Origin: Octopus vulgaris
Lineage: Eukaryota
Reading direction: 5' to 3'
DNA length: 64,000 nt
NCBI GenBank assembly: GCA_951406725.2
Contig: OX597815.1
Location: 142,538,001-142,602,000, forward strand
Program-made: the position numbers and the translations under genes
In this document: in pieces, positions 14,647 through 28,932 of the stretch
Position numbering within the stretch: the first letter of the stretch is position 1
How the letters are laid out: every line of letters starts with the position of its first letter
Notes under the pieces: model-generated
The model's input: the letters and a program-made list of their open reading frames with translations, nothing else
Database searches by the model: none
What the model was told of the DNA's origin: nothing

Positions 14647-14654
14647 AGATAGAT

Positions 14655-14740
<86 letters not shown>

Positions 14741-14781
14741 CAGACTGACAGACAGAGAGATAGATAGACAGATAGATAGAC

Positions 14782-14812
<31 letters not shown>

Positions 14813-14827
14813 TAGAGAGATAGATAA
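14647..14827. repeat. (GATA)n/(GACA)n microsatellite (hAT target site)
   Basis: Directly visible. Confidence 0.95.
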
Positions 14828-14828
14828 C

Positions 14829-15071
14829 TTTCTTTATTAGCCACACAGAGCTGGACACAGAGGAGACAAAATACAATGTAGAGCTTTTCTTTTCCAAAGA
14901 AAAGGAAAGAAATACAAAAAAGGGAAGAAAAATTCCGATCAAAAGGGACTGCGTATCACACAACAGAACAAAAATGTAAAAAATCAGATTAGGTTTATCC
15001 ATGGAGAGAAAAGCCCACAAAAAACCACAGTAACCTCAGGCAGGGAGGGAAAATACACATGAGAGCAAAAT

Positions 15072-15130
<59 letters not shown>

Positions 15131-15400
15131 TGGATTTACAAGATCATGCTCAAAGTGGTTTCGTCATGCGTGCGTACCATCTCATTCATGAGACAAAACT
15201 TGCCTTTCTATTCTCACCTTTCTTTTCAAGTGGTTCTTGAAAAAGTTGATGAATGATTGGCCATATAGGAAAGTGTTTGTCTCTAAACCTTTCGATCGAG
15301 TCCACCACACACATTCTTTCACCATGGTCAACAGTATGATGAAAACTGCCTTGCCTTACCAGTTAAGGGAAGTTGGCGGAGCAATTTCACCATTGTACTA
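14829..15400 (-). mobile_element. L1/Tx1-like LINE 3' end (ORF2 C-terminus, 3'UTR, AATAAA), interrupted by (CT)n at about 15073-15122
   Basis: Minus strand reads ...GKAVFIILLTMVKECVWWTRSKGLETNTFLYGQSFINFFKNHLKRKVRIERQ (K..IW..R pattern of Tx1 ORF2 ends). A T-rich 3'UTR ends in GGCTAATAAAGAAA. Confidence 0.65.
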
Positions 15401-16406
15401 TGTTAGAGTTGTAGACCACAACCAATATCAATCCTGTTTCTTGCATTAAGGTCGATTTATAGATTAGTCTTTCATAGTATGCTTTCCGTATATTCTCGTA
15501 CATATGTGAGTCATATATGCCATCCCTTCTCACTCACCCAAGAATTTAATCTGGAGGAAAACTACATTTGTAGTTTTCCTCAGGATCAAATCTTTTGATT
15601 GCCGTAATTTTGTAAAGCTGTACCGTGTAGGTTTTCAACCGTTTTTTCTTTAAAGAATGTAACTTTAGAACATTTACAAAGGCCGATCTCCATTTCAGTA
15701 TCCCTACTAAATTGTCTTAGTAAAGTTAAACGCCGTTTCAGTTGTTGATCGCCTTTCAAAAACAAAGCTTTTGAACTTCAAAACAAAGGAGATGATCAAT
15801 CGATATCTCGTGTATCCTGTATCCAAACCCCTTGTCATTTAACAGTTTATTTATGGGAATGAGAGTCATGCAAACGAGAATTGGTAACAAAGAAGCTGCA
15901 GCTTACAGTAGATTATAAGATTATACAGTGAGATATTATTTATAAAGTGAGATATTTTTTTCTCCTTAATGATGGATATTATAACTATATATAACCAACC
16001 TACTATTCTACTATATGGATTTGTGTTGCAAATCTTAGAATAATTATTGCGACATCTCAGCCGGTATGTTTAACCTTCACCCACTCTGACGGAATTTTGT
16101 TTTTCGATATAATCAAATTCCGTGTCTTTTTCCATGTTTTCATTAATCAATTTCATCTATAGGGACAATTTTATCGAATATCTCGGTTTGGTGATTTCTC
16201 CTACAAAATTCTACTTCCATATTGGAAGGGAGTTTTGCATCATAATTTGCATTCCTATTCGAATGGGTTTTTAGCAGAACGTATATTTGCCTCTGATGGC
16301 TATCCATGCCAACCAGATGCTTATTATTAATCATGTTTCTGCTAACATTAGCTAATATATAGTTCTCTATATCAGGTCTGTTACTAGGAGGATTTTCCTT
16401 CCTCAA

Positions 16407-16750
16407 TTTTCACCGAGGTTGACTTTACTTTTCAACATTTCTGGATCAATAAAATAACTCCCAGTTAAGGACGGCGCTCGATGTACTCCACTAAAACTCA
16501 CCGCTCAAAATGTCAGTCTTTGTACCTATAGTGGTAAGAATTATTAAGGCAGAGTTGGCAGGATTTTTAGTACGTCGGACAAAATTCATTGTGGCATTTT
16601 TCCCGTCATAGACATTCGGCGTTTAAATTCCGCCGAGAATAATTTCACCTTTCAATAAAATAAAGTACCAGTTAAGTACTACGGTCGATGTAAAGTAATT
16701 AATTAAGCCCTGCCTTAAAAACTGCTGCCCTTGTGAAAAAATTTGAAACT
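16407..16750 (+). mobile_element. two degraded tandem SINE family A copies ending in (ATT)n
   Basis: caccgaggttgactttacttttc...; aaggcagagttggcagga...tttaaattccgccgag...aagtaccagtt. Confidence 0.7.
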
Positions 16751-16772
16751 ATTATTATTATTATTATCATTA

Positions 16773-16845
<73 letters not shown>

Positions 16846-16858
16846 CATTATTATTATT
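16750..16858. repeat. (ATT)n microsatellite at a SINE 3' end
   Basis: Directly visible. Confidence 0.95.
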
Positions 16859-17225
16859 AATACCACTATCAGTACCCATCATCATACTAATTACCATTAA
16901 TATTTATAATAGCTTTTGTATGAACTGACTTTTGAAGGTAGGATTGCGTCAGCAAATATAGATTTTATGATTATCTGGTTATTGGTGGTATATAATTATT
17001 CATAAACAAAATTAATAGCTAATAGTTTTATATTTGACATCAGCCTTTCCCGGCATATAATTGTCGCTGCTTTCGTATGATTTATCATGAAAATTTGCTT
17101 TTCTAATAAAATTAGATCTTATCGTCTAACGCATTTTCTCTTTTCATAAATTATATTTTTTGCATTCTAAGAGGATAGCAATTTTGCGATGATTAAATTA
17201 TTTGATATATATATAGATACATACA

Positions 17226-17354
<129 letters not shown>

Positions 17355-18012
17355 ACTCCGTATTTAGAATTATGTATAACATTGAGATTCTTAGGCAATT
17401 ACCACCATGAAAATCTTTTATAATACTTCATTATATATTTTACAATACATTCCCATAATGACCCATGGGTATAGACATAATATCACACAAATTTGAGAGA
17501 CGTTAAAATGAAATTATATAAAATCAAATATTTACCTATTGCATATTTTTGTCGATCCTGAAATATAAATATCACAGCCAATCTCTGTGGTTTTCGGATC
17601 AGAAGCTTAGAGAATGTAACTGAATATTAGAAGGCAGAATGCCCATTATCCTATCGATACTGTATATCTGCTTACCACGCATACAGTAAATTATACAGCT
17701 GAAGACTTCTGCTTTAAATATTTAACCTATAGGCATGATGTCCCAGCAAAAATATGCAGTCATTTACTGATAGAAGCAAAAATCAAATTAATCCTGACGC
17801 AAGTTCGCTTATTTCTGATCATTGCTTGCTACGGTATTAATGAAGATGAATGCTTTCTTATCTATAAAACCACCACGGTAAGAAAAGAAATTAATTTGAA
17901 ATAATCAGAAAGAATATTGCAATTCCATCTTGGTGGATTAAACAATTACTGATGTACAAGGCGACACCTGAATACTGTAAAACGAGCAAGTTGTTTCTCA
18001 GTGTGGCATAGT

Positions 18013-18138
18013 TTCTTTTTCTTTATTGCCCACAAGGGGCTAAACATAGAGGGGACGACAAACAAGTACAGAAAACGGGATTAAGTCAATTACATCGACC
18101 CCAGTGCGTAACTGATACTTAATTTATCGATCCCGATA
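18013..18138 (-). mobile_element. SINE family A, 3' fragment with tail type B
   Basis: ttctttattgcccacaaggggctaaacatagaggggac...ttaagtcaattacatcgaccccagtgcgtaactg. Confidence 0.8.
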
Positions 18139-21100
18139 AATTTGGGTTATAAGGTAAACTGATGGGAGTTATTTGAGTAAATTATTACGTTCCATTCATA
18201 ATCTAGTTGATATTTCAAATTTTGAATAGTATACTGTATTATTTTCCTTTTATATAAACTGTCAAATTTAGCCATAATTTCAAGCTATGTCGCCCCCAAT
18301 AACACGTAGGCACATTAAATGTATAGATAGTGGCAAAGGAATATATGAAGATGGAAATTATAAAAACTAAGTCTTGTCTACCAGAAGGCAAATATCCTAA
18401 GAGATTACTTGTCTTTGCACTTCTCCCCGCTTGTCGTTAAACTCTTCGAAACAACATACTCAACAACAGGTTTGTTTCGGAAATGCATATTATACAGCAT
18501 TCAGCCCTTTGCTACATGGATAAGCCTATTCTGTTTCTTTCGATAAACTTGACAAGCTATACAGATATAAGTGGCACAGACTACGTATGATGAATATTTC
18601 TTTACTTCACTTTGTGTAATTTCAGTCAACAGGATTTTAAAAATATTTTTTGGCTATTGGTCTGATATCATTATTCTTACTCAGGAAAGAATGCAATATC
18701 TACAACTCTTTACATGACACCTGCGATTAGAGGGAGGAGGAAAGGAAGATATCTCAAAGTTGATACCATTCTCAAAGGATTGCAGCATAGTTTATACGTT
18801 AAAACAACAAGCGGCCAAATGGTGGTATTAAACCGCAGTAAGTTCCGTTTTTTGCCAATTCTTTGTGTTTTAGCCGTTTACTATAAACATAATTGTTTTG
18901 TTGTGCTCCGATTTTTTACAGCTTAAATTTTCGATACTGATATTATTATTCATGTGTTATTGTTAACGGCGTTGTTAACAATGATGCAAATACTATTGCA
19001 GAACTGATAGTGTTCGCATTACGCTAAACATTTTTTCTCCTTATCAACCGAAGAAGCCCATTGGCTAACACTAATACGGTGATCATATTCCATCATTACA
19101 AATGCAGCTAATCTGAAATAAAATTTTGCTATGAAGGAAGACATAAATTTCAAATAACGAAATTTCTTCTAAATAGTGACTATATATGACAATAAATCCA
19201 TTCTCCGCTTCTTCGATGGAATCATAACAGATTAAATAACGTATTTTTAACTTACATAAATGTAAAGAAATATTATATCATGTTAAACAATAGATGCCTA
19301 CTGTATTGACTCACCAGGCGAAAATGAAATGTGGAAAATAAAGCAATGATTAAAGCTAAAGATTTGGAGGAGGGCAATAGCCAATTTTATCCATTCTGCA
19401 TTTTAGTGGTAATTTATATATTAGGAACTGGAAGTATAAAAGTATAAAAGTTTCACCAGCATTGGATTTAAATTCAGTAGAACAAAATATAAGGCAATAT
19501 ATGAAGATAATTTAAACATTTTGTATACAAAATAAATGCAAGTAGCTTCAAAGCCTTACGCAATTCCAAGAATCCCGCATCCAAGACATCACTGTATTGC
19601 CGTCGCTTTCTGCAGTCTAGCACTGCAGAAGCGGCCATTTGAATTTTATGTTTAAAACTTAATGGGCTATACAGACGCTGTGTGATTATAGGATCTGTCG
19701 ACGGATCTTTGGCGTTATCTTCCCATCTAGAGGATCACGTACTCGTCCCACTCAATCTTAATCAGAACCTTTTGGTCAACATCTTTTCGAGGCAACATTA
19801 AACCGAATATAGTAGTGTTTGCCCTTAACTTAGTATATAGCTCGTGTACACTGCAATGTTTGGCATAGACTCCCGCTTACATTTTTTTCTGGCACCTCCT
19901 TTTATATATATCGCTTTTTTCGTTTACTTTTATTTTCAGTTTCTTTCTTACTGTACACTGCACATTATCTCCTTTCTGCAGTCCACATCTACTGCATACC
20001 ATTTCAAAATCCTTGATGTTGCTGACGTCCATTCAGGTTATACAAGAAGATGCGTCCGACATAGAAATTGATTTGGCGGGAGCCATGCGCTTTACATTTA
20101 AGACCTAGAGTTATTGGTGCTGCTCTTGCTGCTTCAGCTAGTGGCTGCACCTTTTTATGTTATACTTTTCTTCTAATCAGAAGGCACTGCCCATGTGACA
20201 TTTGCTTCCACTACATGCAGCAGCTGGGTACTTCTAGTAAGTGACACCATACTCCGGCTGGATTTCCTTCTGAATTTCATTCTGCTTCCATAACAATTCA
20301 CAGGTCTTGGATAATCAAGTTTCACTAGAAAATGCAAATCCGTGCTACTGTCACTAGATTACAACTTCGTGCAGGTGTAGGTGGATTCATGACCATCGCT
20401 GCTGATTGTCACAGATGACAACAAGCTAAATGTCAGCATTCGTGCAAATAACACTGTCCCTGATTTTGTTATTCATGAGACATCTGTACGGGGTCATACA
20501 TGACTATGTTGGGATTACAGAGCAACGGTTGTCCCGCCCACTTGTCTAATTTCTGGTATTAAACTCAGACATCGCTCATATATTACTTGCACCAAGCAAT
20601 GAACAGCAACCTGACACACTACCATCAGCGATTCTTCCAAGTTCTCCTCCCAGGGTATAAAGACTGCCTTCCGATTTAGAAATAGAGGCATGCTGCATTT
20701 CTCCTCAACCCAGTCTTTAATTAACCCCTCTCCCCGCAGCCAAGTAGTCGCAATAATTTATTTAAGACGCATTTCGTTATTCTCTACTTTTACTAAAAGT
20801 GGATCAAGGCGATTCGTTCAATTTGGTCCACGAACAGAATTGTTATTATCATTGATTTTAATATAGTCTATTATTGACTATTCAGTTTTCCCTCCCCGAC
20901 TGAAATTATCGTTTTTTTAATGTATTTTGATATATATTTTTCCGTTCTTTTTACTTTTATCTGAGTCTCACCTATAATGTTTGGGTTTTCTTTGTTTCTT
21001 TTCTTATACATTTGATTTTATAATTCATTAGAATTGTCTGAAAATATTTTGTTCGTTTATGGTTGTTGGAATTACTAATACTACCACTGTTATAACATAT

Positions 21101-21651
21101 ACTGAGGTGATTTTGAACCAGGAATAAAAACAGAAATCCTTCATTGCAATAAACAGAAGCAAAAGATGCAACCTAATGTAAAACATTCAACTCCAGGAAA
21201 TATAGTAGACCTTATATAACATGAAAGATTTCTGTTATTAAGAATGAAACGTATCGTATACGTTAATCACAACCCAGGCATTCCAAAGATATATACTGGG
21301 CTACAATATCGTATGATTTATTTTAGTCCATCCAATCATTTTTCTGCATGTTTCGTTCTTATTGCGGCAATTTCTGCTTCCTCACAATCCATTTGCTATG
21401 AGACCAGCTAGAAATTTCCAAACCAATGGAAAGCACGTAATAGGCCTATAATTACCAGCTGTATCGTTTTCTTTATCGTGCTATAATAATACTATTTGAC
21501 TTCTTTGCCTTCAATGTATGAGGTCTCTTACCTAAATACTCAAGAAATTATTGTGTATAACTGTCCTGTGAAATTTTTAAGCTTGAATACTTGAACACCA
21601 TCGGATTGTTACTTTCTCTTCAGTAGGGTGCATGTTTGCGCGCGCGAGTGT

Positions 21652-21771
21652 GTGTGTGTGGTGTTTGTGAGTTTGTGTATGTGTGTGTGGTGTTTGTGAG
21701 TTTGTGTATGTGTGTGTGGTGTTTGTGAGTTTGTGTATGTGTGTGTGGTGTTTGTGAGTTTGTGTATGTGT
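21652..21771. repeat. 29-bp minisatellite (about 4 copies) derived from (GT)n
   Basis: Unit gtgtttgtgagtttgtgtatgtgtgtgtg starts at 21661, 21690, 21719 and 21748. Confidence 0.9.
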
Positions 21772-22339
21772 ATGTGTGTGTGTGTGTGTGTGAATGTGTG
21801 TGTGTTTTGTCAACGATATTGAAAAAACTTGAACCTACTAATTAGCTTGCGAAGGAAAAGATAGAAAATAATCTTCTGTTATACGCTACACATGTTAAGT
21901 GAAAAATATCTGGTTTCTATTATTCAAGCAGTAAAGATTCATAACAGATTTGTTGGTATGAATAAGTGTGCAGTATAAAATATAAATAAATAAATAATGT
22001 ACGGAGGCAAGCAAAATGAGATGGGTGAGAGAAATCAAAAGGAGAATAGCAAAACAGACCTTACTTTAAGAAATAGATCCAACTAATAATATGACAGTAT
22101 AAAACAGAAATGATGAATTAAGCATTCGCTAGATATAGAAGTAACGTTACAAGGTGATCTCGTTACCTCGCGCACAACCTCGGATCATTCTGAAATACTA
22201 AAATGGCCACGAATTCTTAACCTCTTTGCCCTCGATACACAGCCACATAACCAAAAGAGCCTTATGCAGCCTTTCCAGTTCAGAAATTTCACCAACTTTT
22301 TTATAAAATGTATTGGTGGGCAGTATCTGGTCCACTATG

Positions 22340-22745
22340 TAATACTTGAAGTATTTCAAGAGTGCTTGGACTGAGATAGAGGTCTGTTGTAAAAGAAGTC
22401 TTGAAGTTTCAATATTATTGAGCCTGACGTTCTTATAACCACTGCTATCAATTTTACATTACGCTCTCGTATTCCATACAGTCTTGCCATTTCCACTTTC
22501 AATTCGAAGTACTTGAATGGTTTTGCAACCTCTTTACTCACAACATTCGTGTCATTTGGTATGGCTACATCAAGGATATGACAGTATTTGTTTCTTTTAT
22601 TCTATATGACAATATCAGGCCGACGGTGTTCGATTACACGATCCGTGTGAAAATCATAATCCCAGTTCCTTTTATATCCTCCTGCATAACTTTACTTGGC
22701 ACATGCTCATACCAGTCCACATACCAGTTGCTTCATATTCGTATT
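22340..22745 (-). mobile_element. R4/Dong-clade non-LTR retrotransposon fragment (restriction-like endonuclease)
   Basis: Minus strand, with frameshifts: WYEHVPSKV..WDYDFHTDRVIEHRRPDIVI..CHILDVAIPNDTNVVSKEVAK..KYFELKVEMARLY..VKLIAVVI. Confidence 0.88.
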
Positions 22746-22751
22746 TACGGC

Positions 22752-22790
22752 ATTATTGTTATTATTATTATTATTATTATCGTTATTATA

Positions 22791-22841
<51 letters not shown>

Positions 22842-23052
22842 GTTATTATCATTATTATTATCATCATCATCATCATCATCATCATCTTAGCATGGCAGGC
22901 GAAATGATTTGCGGTATTTCGCGCGTCGCTACATTCTGAGTTCAAATTACGCCGAGGTCGACTTTGCCTTCCATCTTTTCGGGGTCGATGTGAACGCCTA
23001 TCCCTCTCCCTAGAAAATCCACGTCTTATGCCTATAGCAGAAATTATTATTA

Positions 23053-23118
<66 letters not shown>

Positions 23119-23141
23119 TTATTATTATTATTATTATTATT

Positions 23142-23174
<33 letters not shown>

Positions 23175-23369
23175 GCTATTAATGTTGTTTTTGTTGTTGT
23201 CGTCGTCGTTGTCATCATCATATTTACTGTTCTTTTTGGTGCTAGTGATGGTGGTGATTATGGTGATATTGGTAATGGTCGTGATATTGGTGGTCGTGGT
23301 GGTGGTTGTGGTAATGAAGGTGATGGCAGTTGTGTTTCGCTGCTACTGTTATAATTAATACCATTATTA

Positions 23370-23443
<74 letters not shown>

Positions 23444-23475
23444 GTTATTATTATTATTATCATTATTATTATTAC

Positions 23476-23526
<51 letters not shown>

Positions 23527-23630
23527 TATTATTATTATTACTATTATTATTATTATTATCATTATCGTTATTATTATTATCATTGTTATTATTATTATTA
23601 TCATTATCATTATTGCTACTGTTATTATTC
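22752..23630. repeat. large compound (ATT)n/(ATC)n/(GTT)n region containing a SINE A copy at about 22885-23045 (+)
   Basis: Directly visible; SINE core ctgagttcaaattacgccgaggtcgactttgccttccatc. Confidence 0.9.
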
Positions 23631-25049
23631 TTCGAAACCTCATGGTGTTAGTGATGGCGATGAGGATGATGGTGTCGATGATGATGTTCACATTCTAGCA
23701 GCTGCTGATATCGACGATAACGACAATAACGATGATAATGTTTATGTGACAGGTTGTTGACGCAACAGATTGTGAATAAGGTATTGATATATTTGATAAT
23801 GGTGATATATGGATAGCAATATGGATATCGATCGTTTATATGATACCGATTATGATGCTACTACTACTGATGCTGATCATCTTTATCATGATCATATCCA
23901 TGATTCATTCTGATAAGAATACAACGTAAAATTTTACATAACTTAAGTGGCAGTGCATTGCATCTTTATTAAACATACATTGGGTGTGTGATATATATTG
24001 CTTGCAAGATGGTTAAATATTTGATATTTACTCACAGGATATTAAATGTTAGAAATAAAATTTGAAAATGAAAATAACAATAAACACGAAATTCTAATAA
24101 TAAGTAGCTTCAAACAAAGATCTCATATTATGAAGGCAGGTTGCAATATAAATGTATTTAAAAGCTATATTATTGTGTTACTTTTTATCGCGTTTCATTA
24201 ATCTGTAAGAAAAAAATTAGGATAAACAAAGGAAGAAACTTTAATGCGAAAGTTAATATTTTATGTTGAATAATAACTACGGAAAACAGGAAGAGAAAAG
24301 TGTGATATGGTATATGGATACATGTCAGAAACTGCTGATAGAGTCGTTTACCCAGGTAGAATATTTAGAGCGTGGAAAAAAAAACATTTGCAGGATTTGT
24401 TGTGGTTCATTTCGTTCTACGTTACAATCCAGTCGATTTTATTTCACCGGGTTCGCTAGATAATGTTCATGCCAAGTATTTGGGGTACATGATATCGAAT
24501 AACTCAGTCCCTTGCATTTAAATCACGTCTAGATTCCTTTCACCTTCCTCAATATGATTTTCTTTGAAATATCAAATTTATTTACATTTAGGCGCAGTAG
24601 GATGATAGACAACAAAATTAAGTACTTTCCAAGCAGGAGTCAATTTCTCAAAGACTAGAAATAACAGCATTTGCTCTTTACTTATCACCTACTAAATATA
24701 AGTAACTCTTATGAGTTGGAAATTTATGAAAGATCTCTGGACACGATTCAAGATGTGGTATACTGACACCTGTTTTTCAGGTCTAGTAACGCCAAAACTT
24801 TTGTAACTGTCAACTGGTGACAACGGGTGAGATGTTGCCAACAAAATGAAAGGCAGCCATTGTGTGCATATCAGCATAATAGATTTACATCCACAAACGT
24901 TCTCGTAATATCCGGATACGATGGAGTGCGAATCGTAAAAGATTTGATAGAGATATGAAATAATAATAACACCAACAGCAATAAGCAGCAATAATCCTTT
25001 CTAATTTTGGAGAGTCGAAGCGTAATCACCCGCTATTCATGGATGGTTT

Positions 25050-25676
25050 TAGTCGATTACATCGACACAAGTGTCTCACTGGTACTTAATTTGTCGTCCC
25101 AGAAAGAATGAAAAGCAAAGTCGACCTCGGCGGAATTTGAACTCAGAACTTAGTGAGATGGGAAATACAGCTAAGCATTTCGTCCCGCGTGCTAACGATT
25201 CTGCCAGATCGCCACCTTTGAAAATCAACAACAGCAACAACAAAAAAACAACAATAATTATCATAATAATAATAATAATCCTTTCTACCGGTAATGCAAG
25301 GCCTAAAATTTTGGGAAACGATTAAGTCGATTACATCGACCCCATTGTGTAACTGGTACTCATTTAATCGACACCGAAAGGATAAAAAGCAAAATCGATC
25401 TCGGCTGATTTTGAACTCAAATCGTAGCGGCAGACGAAATACCTATTCCTTTACTAACCACAAGGGGCTAAACACTGAGAGGACAAACAAGGACAGAAAA
25501 ACGGATTAAGTCGATTATATCGACCCCAGTGCGTAACTGGTACTTATTTAATCGACCCCGAAAGGATGATAGGCAAAGTCAACCTCGGTGGAATTTGAAC
25601 TCAGAACGTAACGGGAGACGAAATACCGCTAAGCATTTTGCCCGGCGTGCAAACGATTGTGCCAGCTCGCCACCTT
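25050..25676 (-). mobile_element. cluster of three SINE family A copies (about 25050-25218; 25279-25444 with tail A; 25445-25676 with tail B)
   Basis: Repeated gtcgattacatcgac...actggtact...aaagtc(g/a)acctcgg(c/t)ggaatttgaactcag. Confidence 0.88.
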
Positions 25677-25692
25677 TCAACAACTACAATAG

Positions 25693-25694
<2 letters not shown>

Positions 25695-25753
<59 letters not shown>

Positions 25754-25807
25754 AAGAAGAAGAAGAAGAAGAAGAAGAAGAAGAAGAAGAAGAAGAAGAA
25801 GAAGAAG
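25695..25807. repeat. (AGT)n(AGA)n compound microsatellite
   Basis: Directly visible. Confidence 0.95.
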
Positions 25808-25849
25808 CATACACAGAGCACATACGTATTCTTTTATTCTTTTGTACTA

Positions 25850-26257
25850 TTATATGTTTCAGTAATTTGACTGCGGCCATGGTGGAGCATGGTGGACCGT
25901 TTTTGGTCGGACAAATCGACCGCAGGACTTATTCTTTCTAACCCTAGTGCTTATTCTATCGGTTGTTTTACCGAACCGATAATGTTGTGGGGACGTAAAC
26001 ACACCAACATCGGTTGCCACGTGAGGGTGGGAGGATAAACACAAACACACAAACATATACATACATACATAGGTGTGTGTGTGTGTATGTATGTACTACG
26101 GGTTTCCTTCAGTTTCTGTCTACCTAATCCACTCACATGGCTTTGGTCGGCCCGAGGCTATAGCAAAGACACATACGCAAGGTGCCATGCATTGGAAATG
26201 AACCCGGAACCATGTGACTGGTAAGCAAGCTACTTAACACATAGCCACTCCTGCGCC
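25850..26257 (-). mobile_element. tRNA-derived SINE family B (internal microsatellite)
   Basis: Minus head GGCGCAGGAGTGGCTATGTGTTAAGTAGCTTGCTTACC...GGTTCCGGGTTCA; CORE-like CACCTTG(G/C)G; tail ATGGCCGCAGTCAAATTACTGAAAC. Confidence 0.85.
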
Positions 26258-26824
26258 ATGTATGTAGGAATGTTTGTATGCATGTACGTATGTATGCCTA
26301 CATATATATTTATGCATACAAGCATTACGATCTTACACTTAGGAACTAATATGTTCTTGCAGCTTAATTCAAAAACAAAGAAATAGTTTACTTATTTTCG
26401 TTCAACATTTAATACAATTCTATGAACGGAAACGAGAAAATACACTTTGAAGACTATTGACTAATACATTTCAATTAGTAATATAATGTCTTTGATAGCA
26501 ATGAAGTAGAATAAGGAAATATCTTCTAAGATGCCAATTTATTTTCCAATTTATATTCTTGGTTCTGTTATTTAAAAATGAAAACCAAATGCAGAGACTA
26601 TATATAATGTTAGATCGTACAATAAAAATGCATGATAAAAGAACTAATGATTGCAATCAATATATTTCTACAGTTATATTACGAAAGAGAAGTTAGAGTG
26701 GAATATATAATTGAAATAAATATTATCATCAAACAAATTTTCTAAAAAATATTGATATATATATGTGCTTGTGGACTATAAAATACAGTTCATTCATTTA
26801 CTGCTCCGTTTACAAATTTCTATT

Positions 26825-26874
26825 CGTTTACTGATTAAGGACACTAATCGGTCCTGAATACAGAAGTTCAGACG
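26825..26874 (+). ncRNA. degenerate type I hammerhead motif
   Basis: CGTTT-a-CTGATTA-AGGAC actaatcg GTCCT-GAAT-AC agaa GT-TC-AGACG. All three stems pair; two core substitutions. Confidence 0.55.
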
Positions 26875-26929
26875 TTTCTGCTCGACTACAGCCAACTGTG
26901 AAATGTATGTGCATGTGTATATATCTTTA

Positions 26930-27440
26930 TACAGTGTGCAGTGAATAAATTGCCGTCTAAATTACGTAAAGGGGAAAATAACACTGATATCACATTTTAA
27001 CTGTTATATTTACCAAAATTACATTACAATATCCTGAAATACTAAACAGAAAATTTATCCAATAAAATCGCCATTGACTTCAAACACGGGCTCCAGATGA
27101 CTGTCGAAATTCCTGCAGCTCTTCTGGACCGTCTCCTTGTTTAAGTCGCTCAATGCTGCTATAATCTTATACTTCAGTTCATGTTTGGTGTTACAAGGAG
27201 TTTTGTAGGTCTCTGGCTCAACTACGCCCCTCACATAATAATCAAGGGTGTTGTAGTCTGGGAAGTTAGGTGGCCAGATGCTAGGGGTTATGTGGTCGCA
27301 GAAGTTTCCGGTAGTCATAACTGAGTTCCCCTGCTTGTGTGGCATGGTGCAGAGTCTTGTTGCCAGACATAGGATCTGCCAGAAGCCACCCTCTTTACCC
27401 AGGGCAGCACTACCTCCTCCAAGCATTGATATAGGCCTTC
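26930..27440 (-). mobile_element. Tc1/mariner (maT/DD37D-like) transposon 3' fragment with terminus
   Basis: NFCDHITPSIWPPNFPDYNTLDYYVRGVVE...LEPVFEVNGDFI (WPPNSPDLNPLD motif); terminus TA-CAGTGTGCAG at about 26930. Confidence 0.85.
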
Positions 27441-27585
27441 GTTTATCTCCTAGGGACAGTAAGGATTATGAGGAGAGTTCCAAGCACATAAAAGGCATCT
27501 AAAAATTTGTGGATACCTAAGGTTACAAGTAGTAATCCGTTACACACATATCCTACCAGGAATAAGACCGAACTACAATCGAAAC

Positions 27586-27753
<168 letters not shown>

Positions 27754-27754
27754 A

Positions 27755-28080
27755 CGGGGGAGCACCATAGCCATGTGTTGAGAGGGATTTTTTGGGGTTT
27801 GAATAATCCACCTCAAGAAACATGAGAGTTTCGTTCAACATCGTTAAACAACCCTTATTCAGGGACATTTTGAGCGGAATGGGTTACTCGACCAGAAGAA
27901 AATTCTAACTGGGCCACACTTACAAGGTCATGTGCTGTTTATCTTGATATGAGATCACCATGTCGCGCACATATGGTTGTGATGCATGTGCCTAGTGTAT
28001 CCTTATCAGACGCGTAGTCATGATGGGTATACTGGGCTTCGTATATTTTACCCCAGTGTCACTTTGATGGCATGCACTGA
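27755..28080. mobile_element. unclassified SINE-like repeat fragment between two (AAT)n arrays
   Basis: GC-richer block of about 325 bp with sharp borders in (AAT)n; no ORF; classification is inference. Confidence 0.4.
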
Positions 28081-28082
28081 TC

Positions 28083-28138
<56 letters not shown>

Positions 28139-28145
28139 CAATGAC

Positions 28146-28213
<68 letters not shown>

Positions 28214-28220
28214 CAATGAC

Positions 28221-28297
<77 letters not shown>

Positions 28298-28304
28298 CAA
28301 TAAC

Positions 28305-28369
<65 letters not shown>

Positions 28370-28376
28370 CAATGAC

Positions 28377-28441
<65 letters not shown>

Positions 28442-28478
28442 TAATAATAATAATAATAACAACAACAACAACAACAAC
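28083..28478. repeat. (AAT)n array with periodic GACAATGAC/GACAATAAC interruptions
   Basis: Interruptions near 28137, 28212, 28296 and 28368. Confidence 0.92.
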
Positions 28479-28884
28479 ATATTAAATTTTTAAACAGAAA
28501 ACGTGCGTGTGTTTAGGGTGTAAAGTTTAAGCTAAACACTGACTGGAATGAATGTGGAAGAATTGTTATGAGGAAACAAGTGCGCGTGAGGGAATAAATT
28601 TTAGCTATGCTGAATGATTTCATAAGAAATAATCTAATACACTTGCGTGTATGGAAAAATATATCCATACACACAGACACATATGCACACATATATGCAT
28701 GTATATCTGTAGATGTATATATGTGTACACGTATATATTTATATATACACACTAACACACACACACGTATATATATTTATATATATATATATATATATAA
28801 TTTTAATCCAAACGGGAAAACAGAAAAAACAACAACACGTGGAACAATTACAGTATTATTATTAATAGGCGCTCAGGAAAGATG

Positions 28885-28931
<47 letters not shown>

Positions 28932-28932
<1 letters not shown>

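Noticed and set aside
16143-16406. 87-aa minus-strand ORF as a host exon
   Set aside because: No recognisable domain or convincing splice sites, and it abuts a SINE
24781-24826. tttttcag|...|gtgaga plus-strand micro-exon
   Set aside because: Stops in all three frames
28083-28478. Periodic repeat as a CRISPR-like array
   Set aside because: The intervening sequences are pure (AAT)n rather than unique spacers; eukaryotic context with no cas genes
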